Source: Synechococcales cyanobacterium VAR_4_metabat_354 | Lineage (GTDB): Bacteria > Cyanobacteriota > Cyanobacteriia > Cyanobacteriales > Chamaesiphonaceae | Reading direction: 5' to 3' | Length of the DNA: 64,000 nucleotides | Assembly (NCBI GenBank): GCA_031414775.1 | Contig: JANOQI010000022.1 | Location: 1 to 64,000 of the forward strand | Part shown: piece by piece, positions 53,362 to 63,110 of the stretch | Layout: each line of letters opens with the position of its first letter | Numbering within the stretch: the first letter of the stretch is position 1 | Program-made: the position numbers and the translations under genes | Notes under the pieces: generated by a model | What the model saw: the letters and a program-made list of their open reading frames with translations, nothing else | The model's database searches: none | Told to the model about the DNA's origin: nothing

Positions 53362-54153
53362 CTAATCTGTCGATTCGGTTAATGAGTGAGATTCGGGTTC
53401 AGCATTACCAAACCAGCTGTGATGCCAGGCTGATTCGGCGGCTCCTACTTGCAGTTTTTGGAGCTGGCGTTGATAGCTATGGTGCAGACTAGCTAGCTGG
53501 GATTCTAAAGAGTGAATTTGTTTGCGTAGATGCATCACTTGTCGATCGGCAAATTCCATTTCGACCAGCTGTAAAAAGATTACATGAACTGGCCTCACGA
53601 CGGTGGTATCTAGAGTATCGAGAGCATCTTGTTCAACGAACACTCTTAAAATATGGGGACGATTAATACTGCTTTCTCCCGTAGCCTCTACCTTGGCCGC
53701 CGCTTCTAAAACCTGCCTGGGTACCTGTTGAGGAATAACCCGCGCCTGTTGGAGCAGATAATTTAGTTTTTTGGAAAGACTGGGCAGAGTATGACTAATT
53801 GCTTCTTCGAGCGTTTCTTGCCAATCTAACAACTCACTAGGATCATTGAGCTGATCGATCGAATGCAGCTGACTCAACAAATCAATAATAGAGTTAGTGA
53901 TCGCTCGTCGCAAAGATCGCTGGAGCTTTTGTTGATGGCTGGGTGCTAGCGCCAAAAATTCTGGCGGATAGCAGTTAGTGCAAATACAGTAACAGGCTTG
54001 AATCCCTTGGTGGCGAACAGCCTGAGCCAAACTAGTCAGGTAATTACTGTAGAGTTGATACAGTTCAGCTCCCAACTTTTGGCTGCGGCTACCCAGTTTG
54101 GCCATTTCTTGGTTAATTTGAGCGGTGCTGTGAGCAGTGCGTGATTCACCCAT
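53362..54153 (-). CDS. Conserved cyanobacterial hypothetical protein
   Basis: 263-aa helical ORF in the operon, with ICT..YP..FL and AESAW..SW motifs. Confidence 0.7.
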   Translation of the reverse strand: MGESRTAHSTAQINQEMAKLGSRSQKLGAELYQLYSNYLTSLAQAVRHQGIQACYCICTNCYPPEFLALAPSHQQKLQRSLRRAITNSIIDLLSQLHSIDQLNDPSELLDWQETLEEAISHTLPSLSKKLNYLLQQARVIPQQVPRQVLEAAAKVEATGESSINRPHILRVFVEQDALDTLDTTVVRPVHVIFLQLVEMEFADRQVMHLRKQIHSLESQLASLHHSYQRQLQKLQVGAAESAWHHSWFGNAEPESHSLTESTD

Positions 54154-54162
54154 ATTGTGAGG

Positions 54163-55548
54163 TTAGTATCCCGAAGACTGTGGACTAATTGTTTTATTGT
54201 CGTTGGGTTTAAGTGCCGAGTTTTGAAAAACACCGATGGCGGCTTGATAAGCTGAATCTTGGTTGCTGGCGGCTAAATCTGGATTGTCAGTAACCTTCTG
54301 TTGCTCAGTGGCACTTAAATTGACTTTGAGGTTGGGCGCAACACCTTTATGACCAATATCAGTGCCATTCGGGGTGTAGTAATGAGCAACCGTCACGGCC
54401 AAACCCGATCCATCACGAAGACCATGCACCGACTGCACTAGGGCTTTCCCAAAAGTAGCTGAACCAACGATGGTGGCACGGGCATTGTCTTTGAGTGCAC
54501 CAGCAAAAATTTCGCTAGCACTGGCTGAATTACTATCTACCAACACGGCCACTGGCAGGTTAGTCAGAGCGGTTTGATTGGCTCGGAACTGTTCATCCGT
54601 ACCCTTGCGATCGACAGTTTTAACAATCACCCCACTATCTAAGAATAACCGGGCGATCTCGATACTATTTTGTAATAAGCCACCCGGATTACCCCGCATG
54701 TCTACCACAAAAGCATTAACTTTTTCTCGGTTCAAAGCTTTAACAGCATTCTCCATTTGCTTAGTCGAGTTGGCACTAAATTCAGTCAATTTAATGTAAC
54801 CAACTTTCACTTTATTTTCTTGCTTGGCTCGATAAGAAACCGAGGATACTTCGATCGGGGCAATGGCCACCGACACTTCAAATATACCCCTGCCACTGCG
54901 GGACAGTTTGAGCTTCACCGACTTCCCAACTTCGCCCCGAATTAGTTTAATGGCCTCACTGGCCGTTATCTTAGCGAGCGGTTTACCATTGATTGATATC
55001 AGGGTATCGCCAGCCTTAATACCAGCTTGCGCAGCTGGTGAATTATCCGCAGTATCTGTCACCACCAGTTTTTTGGTGGCACTAGCTGTATTCACAATTT
55101 CTTCTAACCGCAAACCAACTCCCACCATTTCACCATTGGTTTGACTAGTCAAAGATTGATACTGGGTGGGACTCATGAAGCGAGTGTAGGGATCGTTCAG
55201 CTTGCGAAGGGCTAGTCGAATCGCATTGTAGGCATCAAGACGACTGGTGTAATTGCGATTTAGCAAATCTTTGCGGACTTGCACCCAGTTTGTTTTGTTA
55301 AAAGTTCCATCTACATATTCCCGATTAACCACTTGCCAAGCTTCATCCACCAAAGCTTTGGGATTATCTTCTAACTTGTCCGTTGAAACTGCTTTTAATT
55401 GTTTTACAGTTGGTTTTACTATCTTTAATGGTTTAACCGCTTTCGATGGTAAAGCAACGACTTCGATCGAGAGCGCAGTCGTCCAGGTCATCATGCCGCT
55501 GAGCAAAATTAATGATAACTGGGTGAGTTTTTGAGAAGATAGCTGCAT
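54163..55548 (-). CDS. Carboxyl-terminal processing protease (S41, CtpB/C-like)
   Basis: DPYTRF, PDZ GVGL, DMRGNPGG, SASASEI and TFGK motifs. Confidence 0.93.
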   Translation of the reverse strand: MQLSSQKLTQLSLILLSGMMTWTTALSIEVVALPSKAVKPLKIVKPTVKQLKAVSTDKLEDNPKALVDEAWQVVNREYVDGTFNKTNWVQVRKDLLNRNYTSRLDAYNAIRLALRKLNDPYTRFMSPTQYQSLTSQTNGEMVGVGLRLEEIVNTASATKKLVVTDTADNSPAAQAGIKAGDTLISINGKPLAKITASEAIKLIRGEVGKSVKLKLSRSGRGIFEVSVAIAPIEVSSVSYRAKQENKVKVGYIKLTEFSANSTKQMENAVKALNREKVNAFVVDMRGNPGGLLQNSIEIARLFLDSGVIVKTVDRKGTDEQFRANQTALTNLPVAVLVDSNSASASEIFAGALKDNARATIVGSATFGKALVQSVHGLRDGSGLAVTVAHYYTPNGTDIGHKGVAPNLKVNLSATEQQKVTDNPDLAASNQDSAYQAAIGVFQNSALKPNDNKTISPQSSGY

Positions 55549-55718
55549 ATGCTAGGAATATCCGGCGATAGTTGGAGGAATTGATGATTAATTCAGGTGG
55601 GCAGACCTTGTGGAATGATGATCAACTGCCATCCTGGAAATAGCAAAAGTATATGGATGCATCTACCCATATTAGCTTTCTCTGCTGGAATTTAAAGGGT
55701 AGTAATTTCAATTCTACT

Positions 55719-56516
55719 CTACACAGCAATTTCACCAATTTCCGTAACATTCAGCCGAGCTAATGCTAAGACTGGAGATATTTGGGATCGTGGATGGTCA
55801 TCTTTGGTTAGTCGATCGCACCGGCTAGCAAAGTGACAAGTGGTACAGAGCTGGCTGCCGATTGGAACTTGAGGGAAATGCTGCTGACGTTGATAATCTT
55901 CTAGCCATCGATCGAGCTGTTGCAAAATTCGTTGCAACTCTTGATGAGTTTGCTGGTGCAAGGTATGACTGTATTGAAACTTGGCAGATTGAGGCTGGGG
56001 CTGATTCAGCACAAACCAATAGGTAAAAGAAATATCAGTTGCTAGATAGTCGCTAGTTGCGGCCATAACGTAAAGATACAGCCTGGTTTGCCAATCCTGA
56101 GCCAATCTTGCTAGGTGACGTGGTTTGCTGTAAGTTTTCCAATCAATAATCTGAGCCGTGGCTCCCAACAGCACCAAGTCGTAAATAGCAGTGAACAAAT
56201 AGTCGTTGATCAGCAAAGTACGGACGTGCTCGCTGTCTCTGGTCACTTGCGGATCAGCGGCAAATAGATCGGGAGCCACAGTAATCAGGTTATGGACAGT
56301 TTGAGCCAGCTGCGGATTGGTAGCTAAAAACGGCTCAATAGGCAAGCCCAGTTCTCGTTGTTGCATCAAACGATGAAAGTCACTGCCCCATTGCATATTG
56401 GTGCGCTGTTCGGGAGCCAGGGGAGCGGCGAGTAAGTCAAGATAGGTATGCTCAAATTTGCGCGGACATTCCGTTAAAACTTTAAGATGACCTTGGGAAA
56501 GGCGTTGGATTTTCAT
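55719..56516 (-). CDS. PD-(D/E)XK nuclease (RecB/AddB/Cas4-like) with four Cys
   Basis: ECPRKF, G..FH, YDL, IIDWKT, Q..LY and C..C.F..RC motifs; start placed at ATG 56516. Confidence 0.85.
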   Translation of the reverse strand: MKIQRLSQGHLKVLTECPRKFEHTYLDLLAAPLAPEQRTNMQWGSDFHRLMQQRELGLPIEPFLATNPQLAQTVHNLITVAPDLFAADPQVTRDSEHVRTLLINDYLFTAIYDLVLLGATAQIIDWKTYSKPRHLARLAQDWQTRLYLYVMAATSDYLATDISFTYWFVLNQPQPQSAKFQYSHTLHQQTHQELQRILQQLDRWLEDYQRQQHFPQVPIGSQLCTTCHFASRCDRLTKDDHPRSQISPVLALARLNVTEIGEIAV

Positions 56517-56572
56517 CAGTGACCGTGCATTAATAACTGAAACGTCAGAACTAGCACCTAATATTGTTTTTG

Positions 56573-57214
56573 CTAGGGTGAACTCTGGTTGATTAACGAT
56601 CGAACCCAATTGCGAAAAGCCTTCACCAACTCTAAATAATCCATTGATTCAGCTTGCTGGAGAAATCTAGCCAATTCTGGAATTGGCAGATTTGGAAAAA
56701 ATTGACTACCTGAAACTGTGACATAGCTGCCATTTTGCAAATGTTGGATCGCCAAAGATATACCATCGTAAATCCAAATCTCAGATACCCCCAAATCGGC
56801 GTAAACCTGAAGACGATTGGGAGAACTATTCGTAACATCAATCTCTACAACTAAATCCGGTGCTGGATCCTCAGCCAGATCGAGCCTTTTTTTTCCTTGC
56901 ACTGCCCCAATCTGACTAATATAAAAGCATTCGTCCGGTTCGACGCCACTAATATTAGATCGCTTGAAAGTAGTCGAGCCGAGAGGATAAATTCGGAGGT
57001 TAGTTTCTTCCGCCAAAGTCTCCACAAAACGTCCCAGGACTTTCTTGCTGAGTTCGTGTTCTGGAGAAGGGGTCATTATTTCTAAGTAGCCACGATTATA
57101 AGTAAGCCGCAGATGTCGATCGCCTAACTCAGTTAGCAATGCTTCATAAGTCTGCCAGCTAATCCCCGCGAGCTGAATGCTCTCATGTGAGGTTTTTTGC
57201 AAGGTAGTCGTCAT
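56573..57214 (-). CDS. Uma2-family endonuclease
   Basis: ISWQTYE, LEIMTP..EHE, EPDECFY and PDLVVEID motifs. Confidence 0.92.
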   Translation of the reverse strand: MTTTLQKTSHESIQLAGISWQTYEALLTELGDRHLRLTYNRGYLEIMTPSPEHELSKKVLGRFVETLAEETNLRIYPLGSTTFKRSNISGVEPDECFYISQIGAVQGKKRLDLAEDPAPDLVVEIDVTNSSPNRLQVYADLGVSEIWIYDGISLAIQHLQNGSYVTVSGSQFFPNLPIPELARFLQQAESMDYLELVKAFRNWVRSLINQSSP

Positions 57215-57271
57215 CAATGATTCCAAAACGCGCTACTAAATATTGCTATTGTACCGAATTGATCCATGAAA

Positions 57272-57868
57272 TTAATTTTTGGTCAAGACAAATACACTAC
57301 CCTGATTGCCCCGACTGATCCGCAGATTGTCATCTAAATAGGTAATGTCTAACCAGCTATTAGGGTTATTGCTATTGATCGGGAAATCGATCGCTATCAA
57401 TCTTGAGCCTGAGCTAATTTTTTCAATAAAAGTTGCTGGTGATTGATAACCCAACAAGTTTTGAAGACCGACGATCGATCGAACAAAATTGACCTGCACT
57501 CGCTGCTCACTAAGCGGCTGAAATTTAGCTACCACGCTCACCAAACTACTCAGATAGGGCAGACTCTGAATTTCGGCAATGTTATAGACACTGCTAGTTT
57601 CCACCCGAATACACTGATAAATTTCACTCAACTGCGACAGCGGTAACTTGCCCAAATTGAGCAAACTGGCGCTCGTCGTAAACAGCAATCGCCAGTCGCC
57701 ATCCAGCGCAGCCGACTCCAATGGCCGAGCGGTCGGGTTGCTACTTTCGACCTCAGCGATCGCCGCTAAAATTGCAGCTTTCTCAGATTCACTAGCATTT
57801 AATCCACAATTCTTATCAGCTAGCATATTCAATAAATCAGCTTTAGTTATCATAATTTTCTCCTGCAA
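57272..57868 (-). CDS. PAP/fibrillin family protein
   Basis: LDGDWRLLFTT and WLDITYLD..LRISRGN.GSVFVL motifs. Confidence 0.92.
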   Translation of the reverse strand: MQEKIMITKADLLNMLADKNCGLNASESEKAAILAAIAEVESSNPTARPLESAALDGDWRLLFTTSASLLNLGKLPLSQLSEIYQCIRVETSSVYNIAEIQSLPYLSSLVSVVAKFQPLSEQRVQVNFVRSIVGLQNLLGYQSPATFIEKISSGSRLIAIDFPINSNNPNSWLDITYLDDNLRISRGNQGSVFVLTKN

Positions 57869-57959
57869 TGCTGGCTGATAGCCGATAATGTAAGGCGGCC
57901 AGAGAAAGTGTTAGACTCTTACCTGGCTACTTCTAGATAAAGATGTACATCTAAATATA

Positions 57960-58205
57960 ATGTCAGAACCCTTCGTTAATCCAGCGCTGACCGAGCGTCC
58001 TCGTTTTCAGCCCGCCCCAGTCATTTCTGTGCATCGCGACACATCGATCTTGGATTGGTTAGAAGCCCGTGGACGGTTGATCGATCGAGACGAAAAAGAT
58101 ATTACTCAGCCAGAATTTCCACCAGACAACTTTGCTGATGATCTTATGGAAGGTGATGACAACAACTTTGAAGAAGATGCAGCAGAGGAAGAGGAAGAAA
58201 GCTAA
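57960..58205 (+). CDS. Conserved cyanobacterial small acidic protein (DUF3134-like)
   Basis: NPAL.E.PR.QPA and SILDWLE..GRL motifs; lies upstream of mraY. Confidence 0.75.
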   Translation: MSEPFVNPALTERPRFQPAPVISVHRDTSILDWLEARGRLIDRDEKDITQPEFPPDNFADDLMEGDDNNFEEDAAEEEEES

Positions 58206-58237
58206 GTCTGCAAGCTAAGGTTTTCTCCAAAATAACC

Positions 58238-59332
58238 ATGACAGAAAATATATCAGAAAGCAGAGGATTTCAGCCCACCGGGGTGCAGCTCCTCTGGAGT
58301 TTAGGCTTTATTACTACGGCCTTTGTTGCTTTCCTCGACTGGCGCTTTCAACATGGTGCGACGACTTCCTTACTCATTCCTTTTGCTGGCACTGCCTTAG
58401 CTGTGGCTGCTTTAGGTTTTTGGGCAGTGCCTCGGCTCAGTGAGTTGAAGATGGGTCAGTTTATCCGCGAAGATGGTCCCCAAGCCCATCTCCAAAAGGC
58501 TGGCACTCCCACAATGGGCGGCATATTTGTGGTACCGGTTGGTCTAATTACAGCTATTATTTGGTCAAACTTCCAGGCTGATGTTATCGCTGTTTCCTTG
58601 ATGACTGCTAGCTATCTAGCGATCGGTGGGGTAGATGACTGGAAAAGTCTCAGTAATGGCCAGAACGAAGGTCTCACGCCCAAAGGTAAACTAGCCTGGC
58701 AAGTCGGAGCAGCAATCGCTTTTTGTATTTGGGTAGCTACCTCCCAAAGCGCCCAACTGACCACCGTCCGCTTACCTTTTAGTATTTCTGTGCCCCTCGG
58801 GTTGCTGTTTTGGGGATTAGCGGTGTTTGTGCTATTGGCTGAAAGCAACGCTACTAACCTCACCGATGGAGTCGATGGTCTCGCTGGTGGCACCGGGGCG
58901 ATCGCCCTCTTGGGGATGGCCGCCGTCACTGGGGTTACTCATCCAGCCCTGTCCCTTTTCTGCATTTGCCTGAGTGGTAGCTATCTGGGATTTTTGGTGC
59001 ACAACCGCAACAAAGCCCGGGTTTTTATGGGAGATACTGGTTCTCTAGCCCTAGGTGGCGCTTTGGGTGCAGTGGGGATTTTGAGTGGCAACTTGTGGGC
59101 ACTGTTTGTGCTGAGTGGAATATTTTTTGTTGAATCCCTGTCGGTTATTTCTCAAGTTGGTTATTACAAAGCCACTAAAGGTTCTGATGGCAAGGGCAAA
59201 CGCCTGTTTAAAATGGCACCTTTTCACCACCATCTAGAACTGAGCGGCTGGGCAGAAACGCAAGTGGTGGGAGTTTTTTATGTAGTGAATGCGCTACTGG
59301 CGATTATCTGCTGGTTAACGCGCGTTAATTAA
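58238..59332 (+). CDS. mraY: Phospho-N-acetylmuramoyl-pentapeptide transferase
   Basis: KAGTPTMGG, NLTDGVDGL, FMGDTGS and MAPFHHH motifs. Confidence 0.97.
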   Translation: MTENISESRGFQPTGVQLLWSLGFITTAFVAFLDWRFQHGATTSLLIPFAGTALAVAALGFWAVPRLSELKMGQFIREDGPQAHLQKAGTPTMGGIFVVPVGLITAIIWSNFQADVIAVSLMTASYLAIGGVDDWKSLSNGQNEGLTPKGKLAWQVGAAIAFCIWVATSQSAQLTTVRLPFSISVPLGLLFWGLAVFVLLAESNATNLTDGVDGLAGGTGAIALLGMAAVTGVTHPALSLFCICLSGSYLGFLVHNRNKARVFMGDTGSLALGGALGAVGILSGNLWALFVLSGIFFVESLSVISQVGYYKATKGSDGKGKRLFKMAPFHHHLELSGWAETQVVGVFYVVNALLAIICWLTRVN

Positions 59333-59373
59333 GCCAATCTATCTATAATTATTTTCCTTATTAAGTTTAATTT

Positions 59374-60438
59374 ATGACCACCAACGACAGTCCCACTCCT
59401 CCTGCCGATTTCGATTCTGAAGCGATCTTGTTGCGTCTGCGCCGGAAAGAAGGCAGTTGGGTGGAGTGGGGACAATCCTGTCAGCTTTTGCAAAAAAATG
59501 GCTACGATACCCAGCAGATTTTTGAAGCCAGCGGCTTTGAACCCATTCATCAAAATCAAGTGATCGTAGCAGCTCAGGTATTTGGTAGCATCACGGAAGT
59601 GGGTGTGAAGCCAGAGACAGAGAATCACTTCACTCGGGTGGGTAGCGATAGCCTCTACGAGTTGCGGATCCTCAGCAAAAAAGACCGGGCAGCGGTGGCT
59701 GAGTTTTTGTGTGAGCGGAATATCAATGCCAGTGGCTCTAAAGAAGTAGCCAAAGCAGTTAAAGAATTTGCTGATTTGCGGCAATTACCCACCGGTTTTA
59801 CTGACCATCCTGGTGATGCGGTGGCTTACCAATATTGGCGTTATGCCAAGCAGCAGCACGATCTCATGGACAAAACCCGGCTAGTAGCTAGAGGCTTGTT
59901 GTTCGCGCACACGGTATCGGCTCGCCAAGAGGTCGAAAAGTTGTTAGGTACGATTAGCACACCCACTAAATCTCGACCGATTTTACCCTTGCATCGGCTA
60001 GAGAGTGATGAAGATCTACCGCGCTTTGTGCCAGTAGCTGGTAAGTTGCCGCTAGGTAGCCAAGTGTTGATTGATCTGCCCACCGTACAAATTCTCAATG
60101 CCTTTGGGATGATTTGCCCAACTGCGGCTAATTGGGTGGGTTTACCGGGTTGGCAAACGGTTTCGATGGCGGTGAGTCCGGTGGTAATTTTTACTGTCAA
60201 TAAAGAGCTGATTCCGGATGCCGAGACCGAAGAAGAAATACTATTGCTGATCGATCGAGCCGTGACTGATTGGGATGAGAACAAGTATTTTGCGATCGAT
60301 CAGGGTGGACAAGTCGCCGTGGACTGGTTTAGCACCGCCCCTAGTGAACCAATTTTGGGTCAGGTAGTATTAGTTTTGCGCCCCAAGCGAATGCTGGCGG
60401 TCAGTAATCAAGATGCTCTATGGCAGAATGAGGAATGA
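59374..60438 (+). CDS. raf1: RuBisCO accumulation factor 1
   Basis: LRRKEGSWVEWG, GSD.LYELRIL, HPGDAVAY, LPGW and C-terminal WQNEE. Confidence 0.93.
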   Translation: MTTNDSPTPPADFDSEAILLRLRRKEGSWVEWGQSCQLLQKNGYDTQQIFEASGFEPIHQNQVIVAAQVFGSITEVGVKPETENHFTRVGSDSLYELRILSKKDRAAVAEFLCERNINASGSKEVAKAVKEFADLRQLPTGFTDHPGDAVAYQYWRYAKQQHDLMDKTRLVARGLLFAHTVSARQEVEKLLGTISTPTKSRPILPLHRLESDEDLPRFVPVAGKLPLGSQVLIDLPTVQILNAFGMICPTAANWVGLPGWQTVSMAVSPVVIFTVNKELIPDAETEEEILLLIDRAVTDWDENKYFAIDQGGQVAVDWFSTAPSEPILGQVVLVLRPKRMLAVSNQDALWQNEE

Positions 60439-60442
60439 TAGA

Positions 60443-60460
60443 ATAGTAACAGAATGTAAA
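60443..60460 (-). promoter_or_regulatory. HLR1-like (RpaB) site upstream of the hli gene
   Basis: Minus strand reads TTTACATT-CT-GTTACTAT, close to (G/T)TTACA(T/A)(T/A)-N2 direct repeats. Confidence 0.55.
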
Positions 60461-60473
60461 CATCCTGATTTTT

Positions 60474-60644
60474 ATGAACATCCCGCAGCCCACCACTTTT
60501 CCAAAAGTTAGTCAACCCAAAGCTGGCTTTAACCGCTTCGCCGAATTACTCAATGGCCGAGCGGCGATGGTAGGTTTTGCCGCCCTGTTGATTCTAGAAT
60601 TTTTTACTGGTTCTGGCCTGCTGACATTCTTAGGTCTGCGCTAG
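60474..60644 (+). CDS. High-light-inducible protein (Hli/SCP, CAB-like), 56 aa; absent from the ORF track
   Basis: Hand translation MNIPQPTTFPKVSQPKAGFNRFAELLNGRAAMVGFAALLILEFFTGSGLLTFLGLR contains ExxNGRxAM. Confidence 0.92.
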   Translation: MNIPQPTTFPKVSQPKAGFNRFAELLNGRAAMVGFAALLILEFFTGSGLLTFLGLR

Positions 60645-60692
60645 ACGGCAACCACACCCTGATTTTTTGCTGACATCTTGGGTAAACTAAGT

Positions 60693-60968
60693 ATGAACAT
60701 TACCTCTCCTCGCTTCTTGAAGTCTTTTTATCGTAAAGAACCAATTACCGGCGTGATTATCACCATGGGTGCTGTTAATGCCATCCTGGGTGGGGTGAAC
60801 GAAGTTGGCAGCTTAATGCTCTTGGGGCTACTGGCTTCGGGCAGTGCGATCGCCTATCGGTGGTGGATGATTCAACAGGCCGAAGCCCAGATTGATGCGA
60901 ATACCAATCAGCTGTATTTACCGCCATCACGAGCAGTAAACGATTACAGCCATCGAGATAACTGGTAA
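60693..60968 (+). CDS. Conserved cyanobacterial small membrane protein
   Basis: RFLKS.YRKEP, two hydrophobic segments and YLPP. Confidence 0.7.
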   Translation: MNITSPRFLKSFYRKEPITGVIITMGAVNAILGGVNEVGSLMLLGLLASGSAIAYRWWMIQQAEAQIDANTNQLYLPPSRAVNDYSHRDNW

Positions 60969-60993
60969 AAAGCCACCAATTAGCGGCCTACCC

Positions 60994-61036
60994 CAAAAGC
61001 CCAGCCACTAATTAGTAATTAGTGGCTGGGCTTTTG
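60994..61036. terminator. Long perfect palindrome, probable bidirectional terminator
   Basis: caaaagcccagccactaatta-g-taattagtggctgggcttttg. Confidence 0.8.
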
Positions 61037-61045
61037 TTAGCTGAG

Positions 61046-62415
61046 ACAGCAGAAGCCCCGCGCTCAATCCGTTTCGGATGAGCGTCGGGATGAATGCGAG
61101 TGAGTGAGCAAACAAATTCCTTGCTTTTCCCCATGCTGCCAGCTAAAATATTCTTAGAGCAGTCCAAGAAGTAATCTAAGTTTCGTGTTAAAAGCTGTCA
61201 GAATCCGAATCTATCCAACAAAAGTTCAGCAAGTACACCTTGCTCAGGCTTTTGGTTGTGTACGTTGGGTCTGGAATCAGTCTTTGGCTACGATGACCGC
61301 GACCTATCAAGAGACTGGCAAAGGCGTTACAGCCATGACGATGAAGAAGTCCATACCTTTGTGGAAAGCTGATTTTGAGTGGCTGTCTGAGTGTTACTCA
61401 CAATGCCTTCAGCAGTCAGTTTTGAATCTAGGCGTGGCTTTTGGGAATTTCTTTGATGGTCGAGCAATGTATCCTACCTTCAAGAAACGTCAAGAGAAAC
61501 AGTCAATTCAATACCCTCAAAACGTTAAAGTCTTGAGCGATTGTCAAATTAAGTTTCCTGGTAAATTGGGTACGGTCAAAGCGAAAGTTCATCGGGATAT
61601 TGAAGGTAAAGTTAAAACTGTAACTTTATCCAAGAATCCTGATGGTCGATACTTTGCTTCAATGCTGTTTGATGACGGTATTGAGTGCCCTGAGTCCAGT
61701 ACCGATGGTAATGTGATTGGCATAGATCTAGGTCTAACTGATTTCGCCGTTACCTCAACCGGATCTAAGTATCAACACCCTAGAGCTACTAAAAAACACG
61801 AGCATAATCTAGCCCGTAAGCAGAAAAAGCTGTCTCGTAAGAAAGACAAAACGACTAACAATCGTCGTAAGGCAAAGCTTGCAGTAGCTAAGGTTCATTC
61901 CAAAATCAAAAGAGTCCGTGAGGATTTTTCACACAAACTTTCGCGCAAGATAGTAGACGAGAACCAAGTCATAGTGGTAGAAAATCTAGCAGTGAGAAAC
62001 ATGGTGAAGAACCATTGTCTAGCTAAAGCAATATCTGATGCTGGCTGGGGAATGTTCTGCACTATGCTCAAATACAAAGCCGAAATGGTGGGCAAAGTCT
62101 ATCTAGAAATAGGTCGATTCTTTGCATCTACTCACCTTTGCTCTGATACTTTGAAACCACTGTCACAGATGGATCTGTCAGTACGTGAATTTAATTGTGT
62201 CCATTGCGGCAATCGACACGACAGAGACATTAATGCGGCGATAAATATCAAAAATGAAGGCTTGCGTTTATTGACGTTGGGAACCAGCGTTATTGCTCCT
62301 GAAGGCTATGTAAGACCAAAACAGTATGGGCGTAAGTCTACTACTGTGGCGGCTGTGGTTGTTGAAGGGAGAAGCCCACACTCTACCCGTTTCGGGTGAG
62401 TGTGTGGTAGTTCAC
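61046..62415 (+). mobile_element. IS200/IS605-family tnpB-only element (IS1341-type); left boundary approximate
   Basis: Related subterminal hairpins agaagccc...ccgtttcgg...gag at about 61051-61089 and 62370-62407; right end TTCAC at 62411-62415; no tnpA. Confidence 0.85.
61185..62399 (+). CDS. tnpB: RNA-guided endonuclease TnpB
   Basis: RIYP..FGC.R..WN N-terminus; RuvC motifs GIDLG, VVENL and HDRDINAA. Confidence 0.95.
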   Translation: MLKAVRIRIYPTKVQQVHLAQAFGCVRWVWNQSLATMTATYQETGKGVTAMTMKKSIPLWKADFEWLSECYSQCLQQSVLNLGVAFGNFFDGRAMYPTFKKRQEKQSIQYPQNVKVLSDCQIKFPGKLGTVKAKVHRDIEGKVKTVTLSKNPDGRYFASMLFDDGIECPESSTDGNVIGIDLGLTDFAVTSTGSKYQHPRATKKHEHNLARKQKKLSRKKDKTTNNRRKAKLAVAKVHSKIKRVREDFSHKLSRKIVDENQVIVVENLAVRNMVKNHCLAKAISDAGWGMFCTMLKYKAEMVGKVYLEIGRFFASTHLCSDTLKPLSQMDLSVREFNCVHCGNRHDRDINAAINIKNEGLRLLTLGTSVIAPEGYVRPKQYGRKSTTVAAVVVEGRSPHSTRFG

Positions 62416-62418
62416 AAA

Positions 62419-62991
62419 TTAATTATGCTCTTCTTTACCATTAGTTTGACCAGTTTCAGTGCTGGGTGAATAGGCTTGTAGCAATGAATTTACTTGGTTG
62501 GCTACCTCATTACCAGGTACTGGTTTGACAATTGCCTGACGCTCTGGGAAGAAATCTGGTCGATCGAGATTCCGCTCCATGCCTTCTTTAACCTGCTGCT
62601 GAATCACATCAAGCATTTCACTTTTAGCCCGCTGACGCTGGTAATTAGCACCTTCTTCGGTGGTAGCATATAGCGGTGGTAAACGGTTCAGGGCATAGGC
62701 AGCAATATCGCCCACATCCAAGCTCAATTCCGTCTGGTTCATTTCAATTTCAGCAACTTGACCGATCGCAACAGTCAAAACCAGCTCTTCCATCACATTA
62801 ATAAATTGCTTGCGGGGTACAGTCACCACATCCCCAGCTAACAAAGCCCCCATCAGTTGATCGAGAGCCATATATTCTTCTACCGATAACTCCGCTGCGC
62901 TATCGCAAATACGCCCAACTTCTGCTTCCATGGCGGGAGTCAGATAGCCGTCTTGGAGAGCTTGGTCTACAATTTCCTTAATATTTAGCAT
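62419..62991 (-). CDS. ComFB-family protein (CdgR-like cyclic dinucleotide receptor)
   Basis: NVMEELV and DIAAYALNRLPPLYATT motifs. Confidence 0.85.
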   Translation of the reverse strand: MLNIKEIVDQALQDGYLTPAMEAEVGRICDSAAELSVEEYMALDQLMGALLAGDVVTVPRKQFINVMEELVLTVAIGQVAEIEMNQTELSLDVGDIAAYALNRLPPLYATTEEGANYQRQRAKSEMLDVIQQQVKEGMERNLDRPDFFPERQAIVKPVPGNEVANQVNSLLQAYSPSTETGQTNGKEEHN

Positions 62992-63110
62992 AGGAGACAG
63001 ATAGTGGTAGATTCTTTGTCCCTAGCTATTTAGGCGGATCAGGCGATCTATTTAGGACATAAATATTGTACCCAGTTTAATCGCCAAATCTACAATTGCT
63101 AGCTGCAAAA

